In this document: one piece after another, positions 39,283-47,803 of the stretch
How positions within the stretch are numbered: the first letter of the stretch is position 1
How the letters are laid out: every line of letters begins with the position of its first letter
Assembly (NCBI GenBank): GCA_040879805.1
Contig: JBBDJP010000001.1
Coordinates: 66,173 to 130,172, forward strand
Direction: 5' to 3'
Length of the DNA stretch: 64,000 bases
Source: Candidatus Pacearchaeota archaeon
GTDB lineage: Archaea > Nanobdellota > Nanobdellia > Pacearchaeales > GW2011-AR1
Notes under the pieces: model-generated
The model's input: only the letters and a program-made list of their open reading frames with translations
Told to the model about the DNA's origin: nothing
The model's database searches: none
Made by a program: the position numbers and the translations under genes

Positions 39283-39954
39283 CTATTTAAAATGGTTTCT
39301 AATCATTCTTGTTTTTCTCTTGTATTTTTTTCTCAAATAAATTCCATATGTAAGTCCTATTATAAGACCTCCCAAGTGTGCAGTATTTCCAATAGGAATA
39401 TCAGCCCACACTGAAATCAGCCAAAGCAAAACAAGGATCCCTGGACCTGCATACTTCATTTTTATTGGTACTGGGATAAACATCGCATAAACTGGAAGAT
39501 TTGGAGTCAAAAGAACAAGTAATCCGACCAAACCAAATAATGCTCCAGAGGCACCTACTGCCCCAAGACCTGAGGGAAAAATCAGCTCAAAAATTATGTA
39601 AAGTAATCCTGCAAATAATCCTGAAATCATATAAAATCCAAAATACCTCTTAGGTCCTAAAATTTTTTCTAGAAGTCCTCCTAAAAAAAACAATGAAAGC
39701 ATATTCACAAAAAGGTGGAAAAATCCCCCATGCATAAACATGCTTGTTAAAAAAGTCCAAAACCTAAAATTTTCTATATTTTCCAATGAAAGGGCTATAT
39801 TATTACTAAAAAAAGTTTCAGAAAAAACTCCTGTAAGAAGCAAGCCCCATACAAAAACAAATAAAATTACATTTGTAAATATTATGTTTGAGTTCACACT
39901 AAAATAGCTAAAAATATTTCTCCCACTTTTAGATGAAAAGGTGTATTTTTTCAT
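39283..39954 (-). CDS. Rhomboid-family intramembrane serine protease.
   Basis: HGGFFHLFVNM, catalytic GASGALFG (GxSG) and the downstream His in AHLGGL. Confidence 0.8.
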   Translation of the reverse strand: MKKYTFSSKSGRNIFSYFSVNSNIIFTNVILFVFVWGLLLTGVFSETFFSNNIALSLENIENFRFWTFLTSMFMHGGFFHLFVNMLSLFFLGGLLEKILGPKRYFGFYMISGLFAGLLYIIFELIFPSGLGAVGASGALFGLVGLLVLLTPNLPVYAMFIPVPIKMKYAGPGILVLLWLISVWADIPIGNTAHLGGLIIGLTYGIYLRKKYKRKTRMIRNHFK

Positions 39955-39961
39955 TATTTAA

Positions 39962-40837
39962 TTACTTAGATTTTTTAGAAGACTTTTTTTTCTTTTTTGT
40001 GCTCTTGCTTGTTTTTGATTTTTTCTTCACTACTTTTTTTGTTTTTCTTTTTGTTGAACTCTTTGATTTTGGCTTTTTGGGACTTTTCTTTTTTGTGCTC
40101 TTGCTTGTTTTTTTACTTTTAGATTTTGACTCTTTTTTCTTGGCTCTCTCTTTTTTCCTCTTGGCTCTTTTAGCAGCACGCTTTCTTTTTTTCGCCCTTT
40201 GCTCTCTTTTATATTTCCTAATCTTTATTTTCTCCAGTCTCTCCTGCTCTTTTTTAATTTCTTTATCAATTAACTCAATATTCTCTTTCAATTTAGATAG
40301 ATTTTTTTTCATTCCCTTCAAAACTTTCCTATTATCTTTTACAGTGAAGATGGCCCCACATTCATGGCATAAAAAATCTTGATTTAGTGCGTTTTCTTCT
40401 GTTAATTCTATATTACACCTTTTACAAACATAAAATCTCTCTGTTTCTCTAAGATTTATTTGTCTTTCAACTTGAGACTTTTTCTTAAGAAAATGTGTTT
40501 TTACAAATTCAAGGGCTTTCAAAACTTCTATTTTCCAAAAATAAGTATACCATCCTTTTTTCTTATCTTTTTTCCTTATTGAAGAAAGTAATCCATGATC
40601 AGAAATTTTGTAAAGGATATTTCTGGTTTGATTTATAGTTATATCTAATTTTTTTGCCAGAAGAAATTCATTCACGTGTTTTTTAGAGTATAATAATTTC
40701 ACTATTTCTTCACTATTTCTTCCAACAGTTAAAGTTATTGCTTCTTCAAGAAATTTTTTCAAAGAATCAGAATCACCCTTTTTACTTGATTTTTTCTTCT
40801 TTATTATTTTTTCTTCTTTTTTCTTTTTATTTGGCAT
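39962..40837 (-). CDS. tfe: Transcription factor E alpha (TFE/TFIIE-alpha-like: winged helix plus Zn ribbon) with a long lysine-rich C-terminal tail.
   Basis: N-terminal wH, Zn ribbon CKRCN...CHECG. C-terminal ~100 aa of K/S/T/P repeats (KKSPKKPKSKS). Confidence 0.7.
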   Translation of the reverse strand: MPNKKKKEEKIIKKKKSSKKGDSDSLKKFLEEAITLTVGRNSEEIVKLLYSKKHVNEFLLAKKLDITINQTRNILYKISDHGLLSSIRKKDKKKGWYTYFWKIEVLKALEFVKTHFLKKKSQVERQINLRETERFYVCKRCNIELTEENALNQDFLCHECGAIFTVKDNRKVLKGMKKNLSKLKENIELIDKEIKKEQERLEKIKIRKYKREQRAKKRKRAAKRAKRKKERAKKKESKSKSKKTSKSTKKKSPKKPKSKSSTKRKTKKVVKKKSKTSKSTKKKKKSSKKSK

Positions 40838-40945
40838 TTCAAAATTAAAAATGATTTAAATATATACCTTTCGGTTTACTACTTAAAAAGGTTTTTAAAC
40901 TGAGAGTTATTATATATTTTACAATATCTATATTCAATTGATAAA

Positions 40946-41461
40946 ATGGGACTATTTAGCAAAAAAAAAGAGGCTGAGCAAAAAGAGTTTCCTTCTCTTC
41001 CACAACTTCCAAAATTGCCTAAAATGGAAGGTATTGAAGAAAAACCTCGTAAGGAACCTCTTCACCAATTACCTAGTTATCCTCCCGGATCACTTGGAAC
41101 AAAATTTTCTCACGACACAATAAAAGATGCAGTTTCAGGAGAAAAAAGCGGGAATTCTTTTGATGAAGATGATATGAGGGTAATACAGAGTTCTTCAAAA
41201 AATTCAGTAAGAACTAGAGAAATTAGGGGAGACAAAGATGATATTGGGGGGCCTGTTTTTATTAGGATAGATAAATTTGAAGATGCCTTAAATGTTTTCA
41301 AAGAATCTAAAAGAAAGATTTCTGAAATAGAAAAAGTATTAGAAGAAATAAAAAAAGTTAAAGAGAAAGAAGATAAAGAATTTCATTCTTGGGAACAAGA
41401 AGTGAGATCTATGAAAGAAAAAATAGCTAAAATAGATAGAGATATTTTCTCAAAAGTATGA
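40946..41461 (+). CDS. Hypothetical protein with an N-terminal amphipathic MGLFSKKK motif and a proline-rich linker (weakly SepF-like).
   Basis: MGLFSKK resembles archaeal SepF membrane-targeting helices. PVFIRIDKFEDA is only a partial match to the SepF core. The C-terminus is coiled-coil. Confidence 0.3.
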   Translation: MGLFSKKKEAEQKEFPSLPQLPKLPKMEGIEEKPRKEPLHQLPSYPPGSLGTKFSHDTIKDAVSGEKSGNSFDEDDMRVIQSSSKNSVRTREIRGDKDDIGGPVFIRIDKFEDALNVFKESKRKISEIEKVLEEIKKVKEKEDKEFHSWEQEVRSMKEKIAKIDRDIFSKV

Positions 41462-41462
41462 A

Positions 41463-41828
41463 ATGGTAAAAGAAAATTTAATCCATATAAGGCTAGATTA
41501 TTCCGAATCAATCGATGCAAAAAAAGACATTCTTTCTTCTCAAATGGGTTTGTTAAAAATTGCAGGAAATATGAAAGATTATTATTTCTATAGAAGTGAA
41601 GAAATAGAATTTAAACAACTTCTATATAAAAAAATTAAAGAATTTAAATCAAGCCTTGGACTACTGGAAAAAACTTTGCCTAAGGCAAAAATCCCACAAA
41701 TTCTTAAAGAGGAGAATTATAAAAAGGATGAAAAAACAAAAAATAGAAGAAAACCTAGTGGAGATATTGAAGAGCAGTTAGAAGAAATTCAAAGAAGGCT
41801 TAGAGAACTTCAAGAAAGAAATGTTTAA
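41463..41828 (+). CDS. Hypothetical protein (121 aa) with a coiled-coil C-terminus.
   Basis: No motif. Starts 2 nt after the preceding ORF. Confidence 0.3.
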   Translation: MVKENLIHIRLDYSESIDAKKDILSSQMGLLKIAGNMKDYYFYRSEEIEFKQLLYKKIKEFKSSLGLLEKTLPKAKIPQILKEENYKKDEKTKNRRKPSGDIEEQLEEIQRRLRELQERNV

Positions 41829-41863
41829 GAAATATTTTAAAACTCTGATTCTATTTTAAATAT

Positions 41864-43630
41864 ATGAAATGGACAAGAAAAAAATTAATTAAATCCTACT
41901 TAGAATTCTTCAAATCTAAAGATCACAAGATTCTCCCTTCATCATCTCTTGTCCCTGAAAACGACCCTACAGTTCTTTTTACAACTGCAGGAATGCATCC
42001 CCTTGTTCCCTATCTTCTTGGACAAAAACATCCTCTTGGAAAAAGATTTGTAAATGTTCAGAAATGTATCCGAACTACAGATATTGAAGAGGTAGGCGAT
42101 GAAACTCACCATACTTTTTTTGAAATGCTTGGAAACTGGTCTTTTGGAGATTATTGGAAAAAGGATGCAATAAAATATACTTTTGAATTTCATACTAAGA
42201 TTCTTGGTATTCCTTTAAGTCATTATGCAATCAGTGTTTTTGAAGGTGATAAAGATGCCTCCCAAGATAAAGAATCTGCAGAAATTTGGGAATCTATTGG
42301 AGTTCCTAAAGAAAGAATAGCATTTCTTTCAAAAAAAGAAAACTGGTGGGGTCCTGCAGGAGAAACCGGACCTTGTGGACCTGACACTGAACAATTCTAT
42401 TGGATTGGAAAGGAAAACCCTCCAAAAAAATTTGTTCCTGAGGACAAAAGATGGATTGAAATCGGGAATGATGTTTTAATGCAATATATTAAAAATAAAT
42501 CGGGAAATTTCAAAGAAGCTAAACAAAAAAATGTTGACTTTGGAGGAGGTGTGGAAAGAACTGTCGCAGTTCTAAATGGACTTAAAGATAATTATCTAGC
42601 GGATATGTGGAAACCAATTATAGAAAAAATTGAACACCTTTCTGGAAAAACTTATGAAAAAAACAAAAGAACAATGAGAGTTATCGCAGATCACACAAAA
42701 GCCGCAGTATTCATAATTGCCGACGGCGTCAAACCAAGTAACACTGGGAGAGGGTATGTTTTGAGAAGGCTTATTAGGAGAGCAATTGTCAATTTGAGAA
42801 AGCTAGGATTTGTAGGAACAGATTTAATAAATCCTATCGCAGAACCAATTTTTGAGCTTTATGACGATTATGGTGAATTGGAAGGAAATAAAAAGAAGAT
42901 CCTTAAGGAAATAGAAAAAGAGGAAAATAAGTTTGAAAAGACTCTTGACAAAGGAATGAAAATCTTCGACAAAGTTGTAAAAGGTAAAACTCTTTCTGGA
43001 AAAGATGCATTCTTACTTTATCAAAGTTATGGATTCCCTATAGAATTAACGAGAGAGATTGCAAAAGACAGAGAAATAGATCTTGATGAAGGAAGTTTTG
43101 AAAAAGAACTTCAAAAACACAAAGATCTTTCAAAAACAGCATCTAAAGGAAAATTTGCTTCTGGACTGGCAGACCATTCTGAAAAAACAACAAGACTTCA
43201 TACCGCAACACATCTTCTTAATGAATCTCTAAGACAAGTTTTGAACAAAAACATAAAACAAAAAGGTTCAAACATAACTCCTGAAAGATTAAGGTTTGAT
43301 TTTGATTTTCCAAGAAAACTTACTAAAGAAGAAATAAAAAAAATTGAAGATCTTGTAAATAAAAAAATCGGTGAGGGCCTTAAAGTTACATCTAAAGAAA
43401 TGTCTCTTGAAAAAGCTCTAGAATCAGGAGCCCAGTCAGAATTTGGAGCTAAGTATCCTAAAAGAGTTTCTGTTTATAGTATTGGAGATTTTAGCAAAGA
43501 AATTTGTACTGGACCACATGTAAAAAATACCAAAGAAATTGGAAAATTTAATATTACAAAAGAACAATCTTCTGCTGCAGGCATTAGAAGAATAAAGGCA
43601 ATTGTTGAGAAATCAAATAAAAAAGATTAA
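41864..43630 (+). CDS. alaS: Alanyl-tRNA synthetase, compact form (catalytic plus editing domains, no C-Ala domain).
   Basis: Catalytic core FTTAGM...QKCIRT...THHTFFEMLGNWSFGDYWK. Editing-domain HTATHLL and CTGPH motifs. Only 588 aa. Confidence 0.85.
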   Translation: MKWTRKKLIKSYLEFFKSKDHKILPSSSLVPENDPTVLFTTAGMHPLVPYLLGQKHPLGKRFVNVQKCIRTTDIEEVGDETHHTFFEMLGNWSFGDYWKKDAIKYTFEFHTKILGIPLSHYAISVFEGDKDASQDKESAEIWESIGVPKERIAFLSKKENWWGPAGETGPCGPDTEQFYWIGKENPPKKFVPEDKRWIEIGNDVLMQYIKNKSGNFKEAKQKNVDFGGGVERTVAVLNGLKDNYLADMWKPIIEKIEHLSGKTYEKNKRTMRVIADHTKAAVFIIADGVKPSNTGRGYVLRRLIRRAIVNLRKLGFVGTDLINPIAEPIFELYDDYGELEGNKKKILKEIEKEENKFEKTLDKGMKIFDKVVKGKTLSGKDAFLLYQSYGFPIELTREIAKDREIDLDEGSFEKELQKHKDLSKTASKGKFASGLADHSEKTTRLHTATHLLNESLRQVLNKNIKQKGSNITPERLRFDFDFPRKLTKEEIKKIEDLVNKKIGEGLKVTSKEMSLEKALESGAQSEFGAKYPKRVSVYSIGDFSKEICTGPHVKNTKEIGKFNITKEQSSAAGIRRIKAIVEKSNKKD

Positions 43631-44742
43631 TTTAATTCATAATCTCCATCAAGACCATATCTTTCTCTTATATTATCATATCTCCAAGACTTTAAAATTC
43701 CTATAAAACTTCTATCACGTATTTGTTTTAGAGTCTGGGCATCTCTATATTCCTTCATGTTTTCAGGAAGAGAAATTCCTTCAGAAATAATCATTACTTC
43801 AGGGACCGATTCAAGTTTAATCCCTCCTATAAACTCCATTTCATGATCAGAAATTATTGAAGGACCTCCAGTCTCAACGAAGCAAAATCCAGTCCCATAT
43901 AAGCTTTCTTTGACAGGACATTTTATTCCTACAGCCTCATGGTTCTCTTCAACAAAATAAAATATTGAAACTCCAAATCCAAGTTCTTTTAATAAAAATG
44001 ATGCAAGCTCAGATTTTTCACCACAAATTCCTTGATTTTCAAACAAAATTTCATAAGGATATCTAGAATAATCTACTTCTTCATCTCCAAAAGAAAAAGT
44101 CTTGTTTGAAGATCCATAAGGAATATTTTGAACTATACTTAATGCTATTCTTGCCTGATCTGTTTTACTGTCTGGAGCAAGATTCTGAATTTTTTTAACT
44201 AAAGGCATAAGCATTGCTCTTTGAACTTCTTCATTTACACTAAGAAGTTTAAAATTCGTCCTAAATGGAATTTCGTCACTTTCATAAACTATCTCTCTTG
44301 TTACGTTTGAGACATATTCATTTACTTCTTCATAAACCGTATAATTGAACCTATGTATTTCCCCTTCTAATAGATATTTTAAAGGTACATCCTTAGAACT
44401 TGTGCCTTGATTGGGAACACAAAAATCTCCATCCTTCTTAAAATTAAAACTTTCAGGACTTTCACAACCACACAGTGAGGCTTTTTCTGTCAAAATTCCT
44501 TCTTCACAGTAAAATGGCTTGTCTAAAGAACAAGTCTCATAAAAAGTTCCGTCTCCACACTTAGAAATTTCTTCACTTTTTGGCTCTAAAGAAGCTAAAT
44601 ATGCTGCAAAAAATGTCAATATCAGGACTAATAGAAATATAATTACAATATAGAAAAATTTATGCCTAAAGATATTCTTTTTTTTCAGAGAATTTTTTTC
44701 AAGGCTATCTTCTTGAAAGGAATCACTTTTTTTCTTTGCCAT
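43627..44742 (-). CDS. Membrane-anchored secreted protein with a transglutaminase-like (Cys protease-like) core.
   Basis: N-terminal TM. QGICGEKSELASFLLKELGFGVSIFY resembles the transglutaminase-like GxCxxxAxxxxxLxRxxGIPAR motif, followed by NHEAVG. Confidence 0.45.
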   Translation of the reverse strand: MAKKKSDSFQEDSLEKNSLKKKNIFRHKFFYIVIIFLLVLILTFFAAYLASLEPKSEEISKCGDGTFYETCSLDKPFYCEEGILTEKASLCGCESPESFNFKKDGDFCVPNQGTSSKDVPLKYLLEGEIHRFNYTVYEEVNEYVSNVTREIVYESDEIPFRTNFKLLSVNEEVQRAMLMPLVKKIQNLAPDSKTDQARIALSIVQNIPYGSSNKTFSFGDEEVDYSRYPYEILFENQGICGEKSELASFLLKELGFGVSIFYFVEENHEAVGIKCPVKESLYGTGFCFVETGGPSIISDHEMEFIGGIKLESVPEVMIISEGISLPENMKEYRDAQTLKQIRDRSFIGILKSWRYDNIRERYGLDGDYELN

Positions 44743-44856
44743 AACAACAATCTTTAGAAGAATAATTATAAAAAACTATCTATGTGTCTGTCTTGGCTCA
44801 AGACTAGTATTGTACTTTTTCAACAAATTTAAATAATCTCTTATAATAAAAAACAT

Positions 44857-45375
44857 ATGAAAAAAATTCAGGCCCATCTTATAGGAGAAACCATATTTAG
44901 CAATTCTTCAGAAGCATTTTCATTACATAAAAAAAGTCATTTTGGAGAGCCATCTGGTGAAAAAGTAATATATTCTTTATCTGAGGCACTTTTTCTTATA
45001 GAGGAAAATAAATTAGAAGTTTTAAGCCAAAAGAAAATTTTATCATTTGATGAATTAATGAGAAAATCACGAAGGTTTGATAAAAAAATACAAATAAAAT
45101 ATCCTGTATTCAAGAATTTAAGAAAAAAAGGAAATATAGTAAAAACGGCTCTAAAGTTTGGAGCTGATTTCAGAGTTTATGAAAAAGGTACAGGACCTGG
45201 AAAAAAACACGCAAAATGGATTGTATTTGTAGATCATGAATCAAAAAGAACTTCTTGGCAAGACTTTTCCGCAAAAAATCGTGTAGCACACAGCACAAAA
45301 AAAAAGCTTCTTATCGCAATTGTTGATAATGAAAATGATGTGAGTTACTATGAAATTAAATGGCTAAAATTCTAA
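44857..45375 (+). CDS. endA: tRNA-splicing endonuclease (EndA).
   Basis: C-terminal catalytic domain with conserved Y...H...K context (KHAKWIVFVDHESKR...KKKLLIAIVD). Confidence 0.8.
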   Translation: MKKIQAHLIGETIFSNSSEAFSLHKKSHFGEPSGEKVIYSLSEALFLIEENKLEVLSQKKILSFDELMRKSRRFDKKIQIKYPVFKNLRKKGNIVKTALKFGADFRVYEKGTGPGKKHAKWIVFVDHESKRTSWQDFSAKNRVAHSTKKKLLIAIVDNENDVSYYEIKWLKF

Positions 45376-45413
45376 CACAAAATCTTTATAACTATTCTTT
45401 AATTATCTTTCAT

Positions 45414-46316
45414 ATGCCCACACAAAATACTTCAGAAATAAAAAATAAAATAATTAGTATTCTTAGAAAAAACGGTCCAAGTCTTCCAGTACACATCTCA
45501 AAAGAGATACAATCAAATTCTTTATTTACTTCTGCATTCCTATCAGAACTTTCTTCAGAAAAAAAAATAAGAATGAGTAATATGAAAATAGGAAGTTCTT
45601 CATTGTACTTTTTACCAGGACAGGAAAAATATCTTGACAAATTTTCTCACCATTTAAAAAGTAAAGAAAAAGAGGCCTACGATATCCTTAAGAATAAAAA
45701 AATTCTCAAAGATTCTGAGCAAGAACCTGCAATCAGGGTAGCACTTAGAGCGTTGAAAGACTTTGCAATACCTTATAAAAAAGGGGAAGAAATATTCTGG
45801 AGATTTTTTAATATTTCTGAAGATGAAGTTAAAGATAAAAAAACTATTGAAAAAACAACTCAAATACCTGTTGAGAATGCAGAATCCAAAAACAATACTA
45901 ATGAATCTTTAAATATATTTGATAAAAATAATTCTGGGAAAGATTATGGGGAAAAAATAGAAAAAGAAAAAATATCTAAAAAAAAGAGAAATTCTGGAAA
46001 AACCTCTGGAAAAAACGAAAGTGATTTCTTTATGAAAATTAAATCATTTCTTGAGAAAAATTCAATTGTTCTTTTAGATATCTTAAACTTTAACAAAAAA
46101 GAAATAATCCTCCGAGTAGAAGAAGAATCTGAAGAAAAGATTCTTATAGCATATGATAAAAAAAGGGTTAATGAAAAAGATATTATCAAATCATTTGATA
46201 AAACAAAAGAGTTTGGAGAAAAATACATAATTTTAATAAAAGGTTCCCCTTACAAAAAAACAAAAAAACTTCTAGACGCAGTAAGAGGGCTTGATTCGGT
46301 AAAAAATCTTAAATAA
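45414..46316 (+). CDS. Hypothetical K/E-rich protein with a possible N-terminal winged helix.
   Basis: IISILRKNGPSLPVHISKEI wH-like segment. The rest is low complexity. Start moved to the internal Met to avoid the endA overlap. Confidence 0.3.
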   Translation: MPTQNTSEIKNKIISILRKNGPSLPVHISKEIQSNSLFTSAFLSELSSEKKIRMSNMKIGSSSLYFLPGQEKYLDKFSHHLKSKEKEAYDILKNKKILKDSEQEPAIRVALRALKDFAIPYKKGEEIFWRFFNISEDEVKDKKTIEKTTQIPVENAESKNNTNESLNIFDKNNSGKDYGEKIEKEKISKKKRNSGKTSGKNESDFFMKIKSFLEKNSIVLLDILNFNKKEIILRVEEESEEKILIAYDKKRVNEKDIIKSFDKTKEFGEKYIILIKGSPYKKTKKLLDAVRGLDSVKNLK

Positions 46317-46350
46317 TAACGTTTAAAAACAAACCTTTCCAGAATTTAAT

Positions 46351-46554
46351 ATGGGAAAAATAAAATCAAAACTCATTAAAAGAACTGCAAAAGAACTGCA
46401 AAAGAAAGGTATTGAGTTTAGTGAGGATTTTGAAGAAAATAAGAAAATTCTTGGAAAAACTATGCCTAGTAAAAAGATAAGGAACCAAATAGCAGGTTTT
46501 TTGACTAGAGAGAGAAAAAGAGAAAGGTATGAAAAAGAACTTTTGTCAGAATAA
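46351..46554 (+). CDS. rps17e: 30S ribosomal protein S17e.
   Basis: MGKIKSKLIKRTAKELQKK...PSKKIRNQIAGFLTR matches the S17e pattern. Confidence 0.8.
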   Translation: MGKIKSKLIKRTAKELQKKGIEFSEDFEENKKILGKTMPSKKIRNQIAGFLTRERKRERYEKELLSE

Positions 46555-46566
46555 ATAATTTTAAAA

Positions 46567-46806
46567 CTATTTCTTCTTTGTTCGCTTTTTTGAAATTAAT
46601 TTGTTTACTTTTTTCTTTATATCTTGTATATCTTTATACATTTTCTTTATCTCTTTATTCTTCCGCCAATTCAACACAGCTCCAACAATACTAAAAATTA
46701 CATAAATTATAAGAAGCCCTCCGATGGCTTGAATGATTCCCATTAGAGAATCCATAGGTATTGACACCGATTCTACAACAGTACTAACAATAGTTTCGTT
46801 TACCAT
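46567..46806 (-). CDS. Small single-TM protein with a basic tail, hypothetical.
   Basis: 79-aa ORF, one hydrophobic helix. Confidence 0.25.
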   Translation of the reverse strand: MVNETIVSTVVESVSIPMDSLMGIIQAIGGLLIIYVIFSIVGAVLNWRKNKEIKKMYKDIQDIKKKVNKLISKKRTKKK

Positions 46807-46849
46807 TTATTACCTTAAACCTTTTAAACCAAATCTATTTATTAACTTT

Positions 46850-46922
46850 GTCTCTGTAGCTCAGGGTTTAGAGCGCCGCTCTCATGAGGCGGAGGTCGGG
46901 GGTTAAAATCCCCCCAGAGACA
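46850..46922 (+). tRNA. tRNA with CAU anticodon (elongator Met, or Ile2 if agmatidinylated).
   Basis: Manual fold: acceptor GUCUCUG/CAGAGAC, D-arm GCUC...GAGC, anticodon stem CCGCU/GGCGG with loop CUCAUGA, T-arm GGGGG-UUAAAAU-CCCCC, discriminator A. Confidence 0.8.
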
Positions 46923-46985
46923 TTACTCTAAGAATAAAACAACCTTTGACACTATGATGAACTATAGAAAAATTATGAAATAATC

Positions 46986-47345
46986 TCACCCCAAATAAAA
47001 CCCTTTATGCCCATCGCCTTTTTTTCTTGGAAGAATATGGAAATGCAAATGTGGAACCCTCTGACCTGCAACCTTCCCATTATTAACTGTGATGTTAAAC
47101 CCTTCAGCCCTGTATTTTTTTAATAATTTCTTTGCAACCTTTTTCACAAATTTCAAATACCCTTCAGAAGTTTCGTCATCCAAATTTAAAATTGTCTCAA
47201 AATGTTTTTTTGGAATTACTAAAGTGTGTCCTTCTCCAACCGGATTCGCATCCGCAAACGCCAAAAATCTTTCATTTTCATACACTTTCTCTGCAGGAAC
47301 CTCTCCACTAACTATTTTACAAAAAATGCAATCACTCTCTATCAT
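46986..47345 (-). CDS. HIT-family (histidine triad) protein.
   Basis: HLHFHILPR histidine triad. Confidence 0.85.
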   Translation of the reverse strand: MIESDCIFCKIVSGEVPAEKVYENERFLAFADANPVGEGHTLVIPKKHFETILNLDDETSEGYLKFVKKVAKKLLKKYRAEGFNITVNNGKVAGQRVPHLHFHILPRKKGDGHKGFYLG

Positions 47346-47406
47346 AAAGAATTAGAATAAAATATAATTTAAAAATTTAATTGAAAATAAAAAAAGAGAA
47401 AATTTT

Positions 47407-47613
47407 TTATTTCCTCTTTTTTCTTGAAGCTCTCTTTGCAGTTTTCCTCTTGGTTGTCTTCTTTGCAGTTTTTCTCACAGACTTCTTCTTTGGGGCTTTC
47501 TTTTTCTTAGCCGCAGCAACTGCCTTCTTTTTTTGTGCTTCAACTTTCTTCAACTGCTTCTTAAGAGATCTCAACTTAACTTCAAGCTGTTTCGGAGTTT
47601 TTGTTCTTGCCAT
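47407..47613 (-). CDS. 68-aa lysine/alanine-rich basic protein (histone H1 tail-like or Hc1-like candidate chromatin protein).
   Basis: MARTKTPKQLEVKLRSLKKQLKKVEAQKKKAVAAAKKKKAPKKKSVRKTAKK... About half the residues are K/R. No other domain. Confidence 0.4.
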   Translation of the reverse strand: MARTKTPKQLEVKLRSLKKQLKKVEAQKKKAVAAAKKKKAPKKKSVRKTAKKTTKRKTAKRASRKKRK

Positions 47614-47676
47614 TTTACACCTCTATTTTAATTCAAATTAAAGAGTTTCAATTCTTTAAAAAGTTTTGGATAATTT

Positions 47677-47803
47677 AAACATTTTTCAAATCAGAAATTT
47701 ATGTTTTGTCGACGGTAAAATTAATAAACCTTTTTACCTGAATTTTTAAAATCAATTTTTTGATAAATTAAATCTCTTAAAACATTTTTCAAATCAGAAA
47801 TTT
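47677..47803 (+). repeat. 24-bp perfect direct repeat AAACATTTTTCAAATCAGAAATTT (47677-47700 and 47780-47803).
   Basis: Read directly. One copy is inside the glyS 3' coding end, the other 21 nt past the glyS stop. Confidence 0.7.

Noticed and set aside
39933-40382. 149-aa ORF on the plus strand (Phe/Leu-rich).
   Set aside because: It lies antisense to the lysine-codon-rich TFE tail. AAA/AAG repeats read as TTT/CTT on the other strand, so this is a low-complexity artefact.
47407-47613. MARTK N-terminus resembling eukaryotic histone H3 (MARTKQTARK).
   Set aside because: Only five residues match and no histone fold follows. Treated as coincidence; the protein is H1-tail-like in composition instead.
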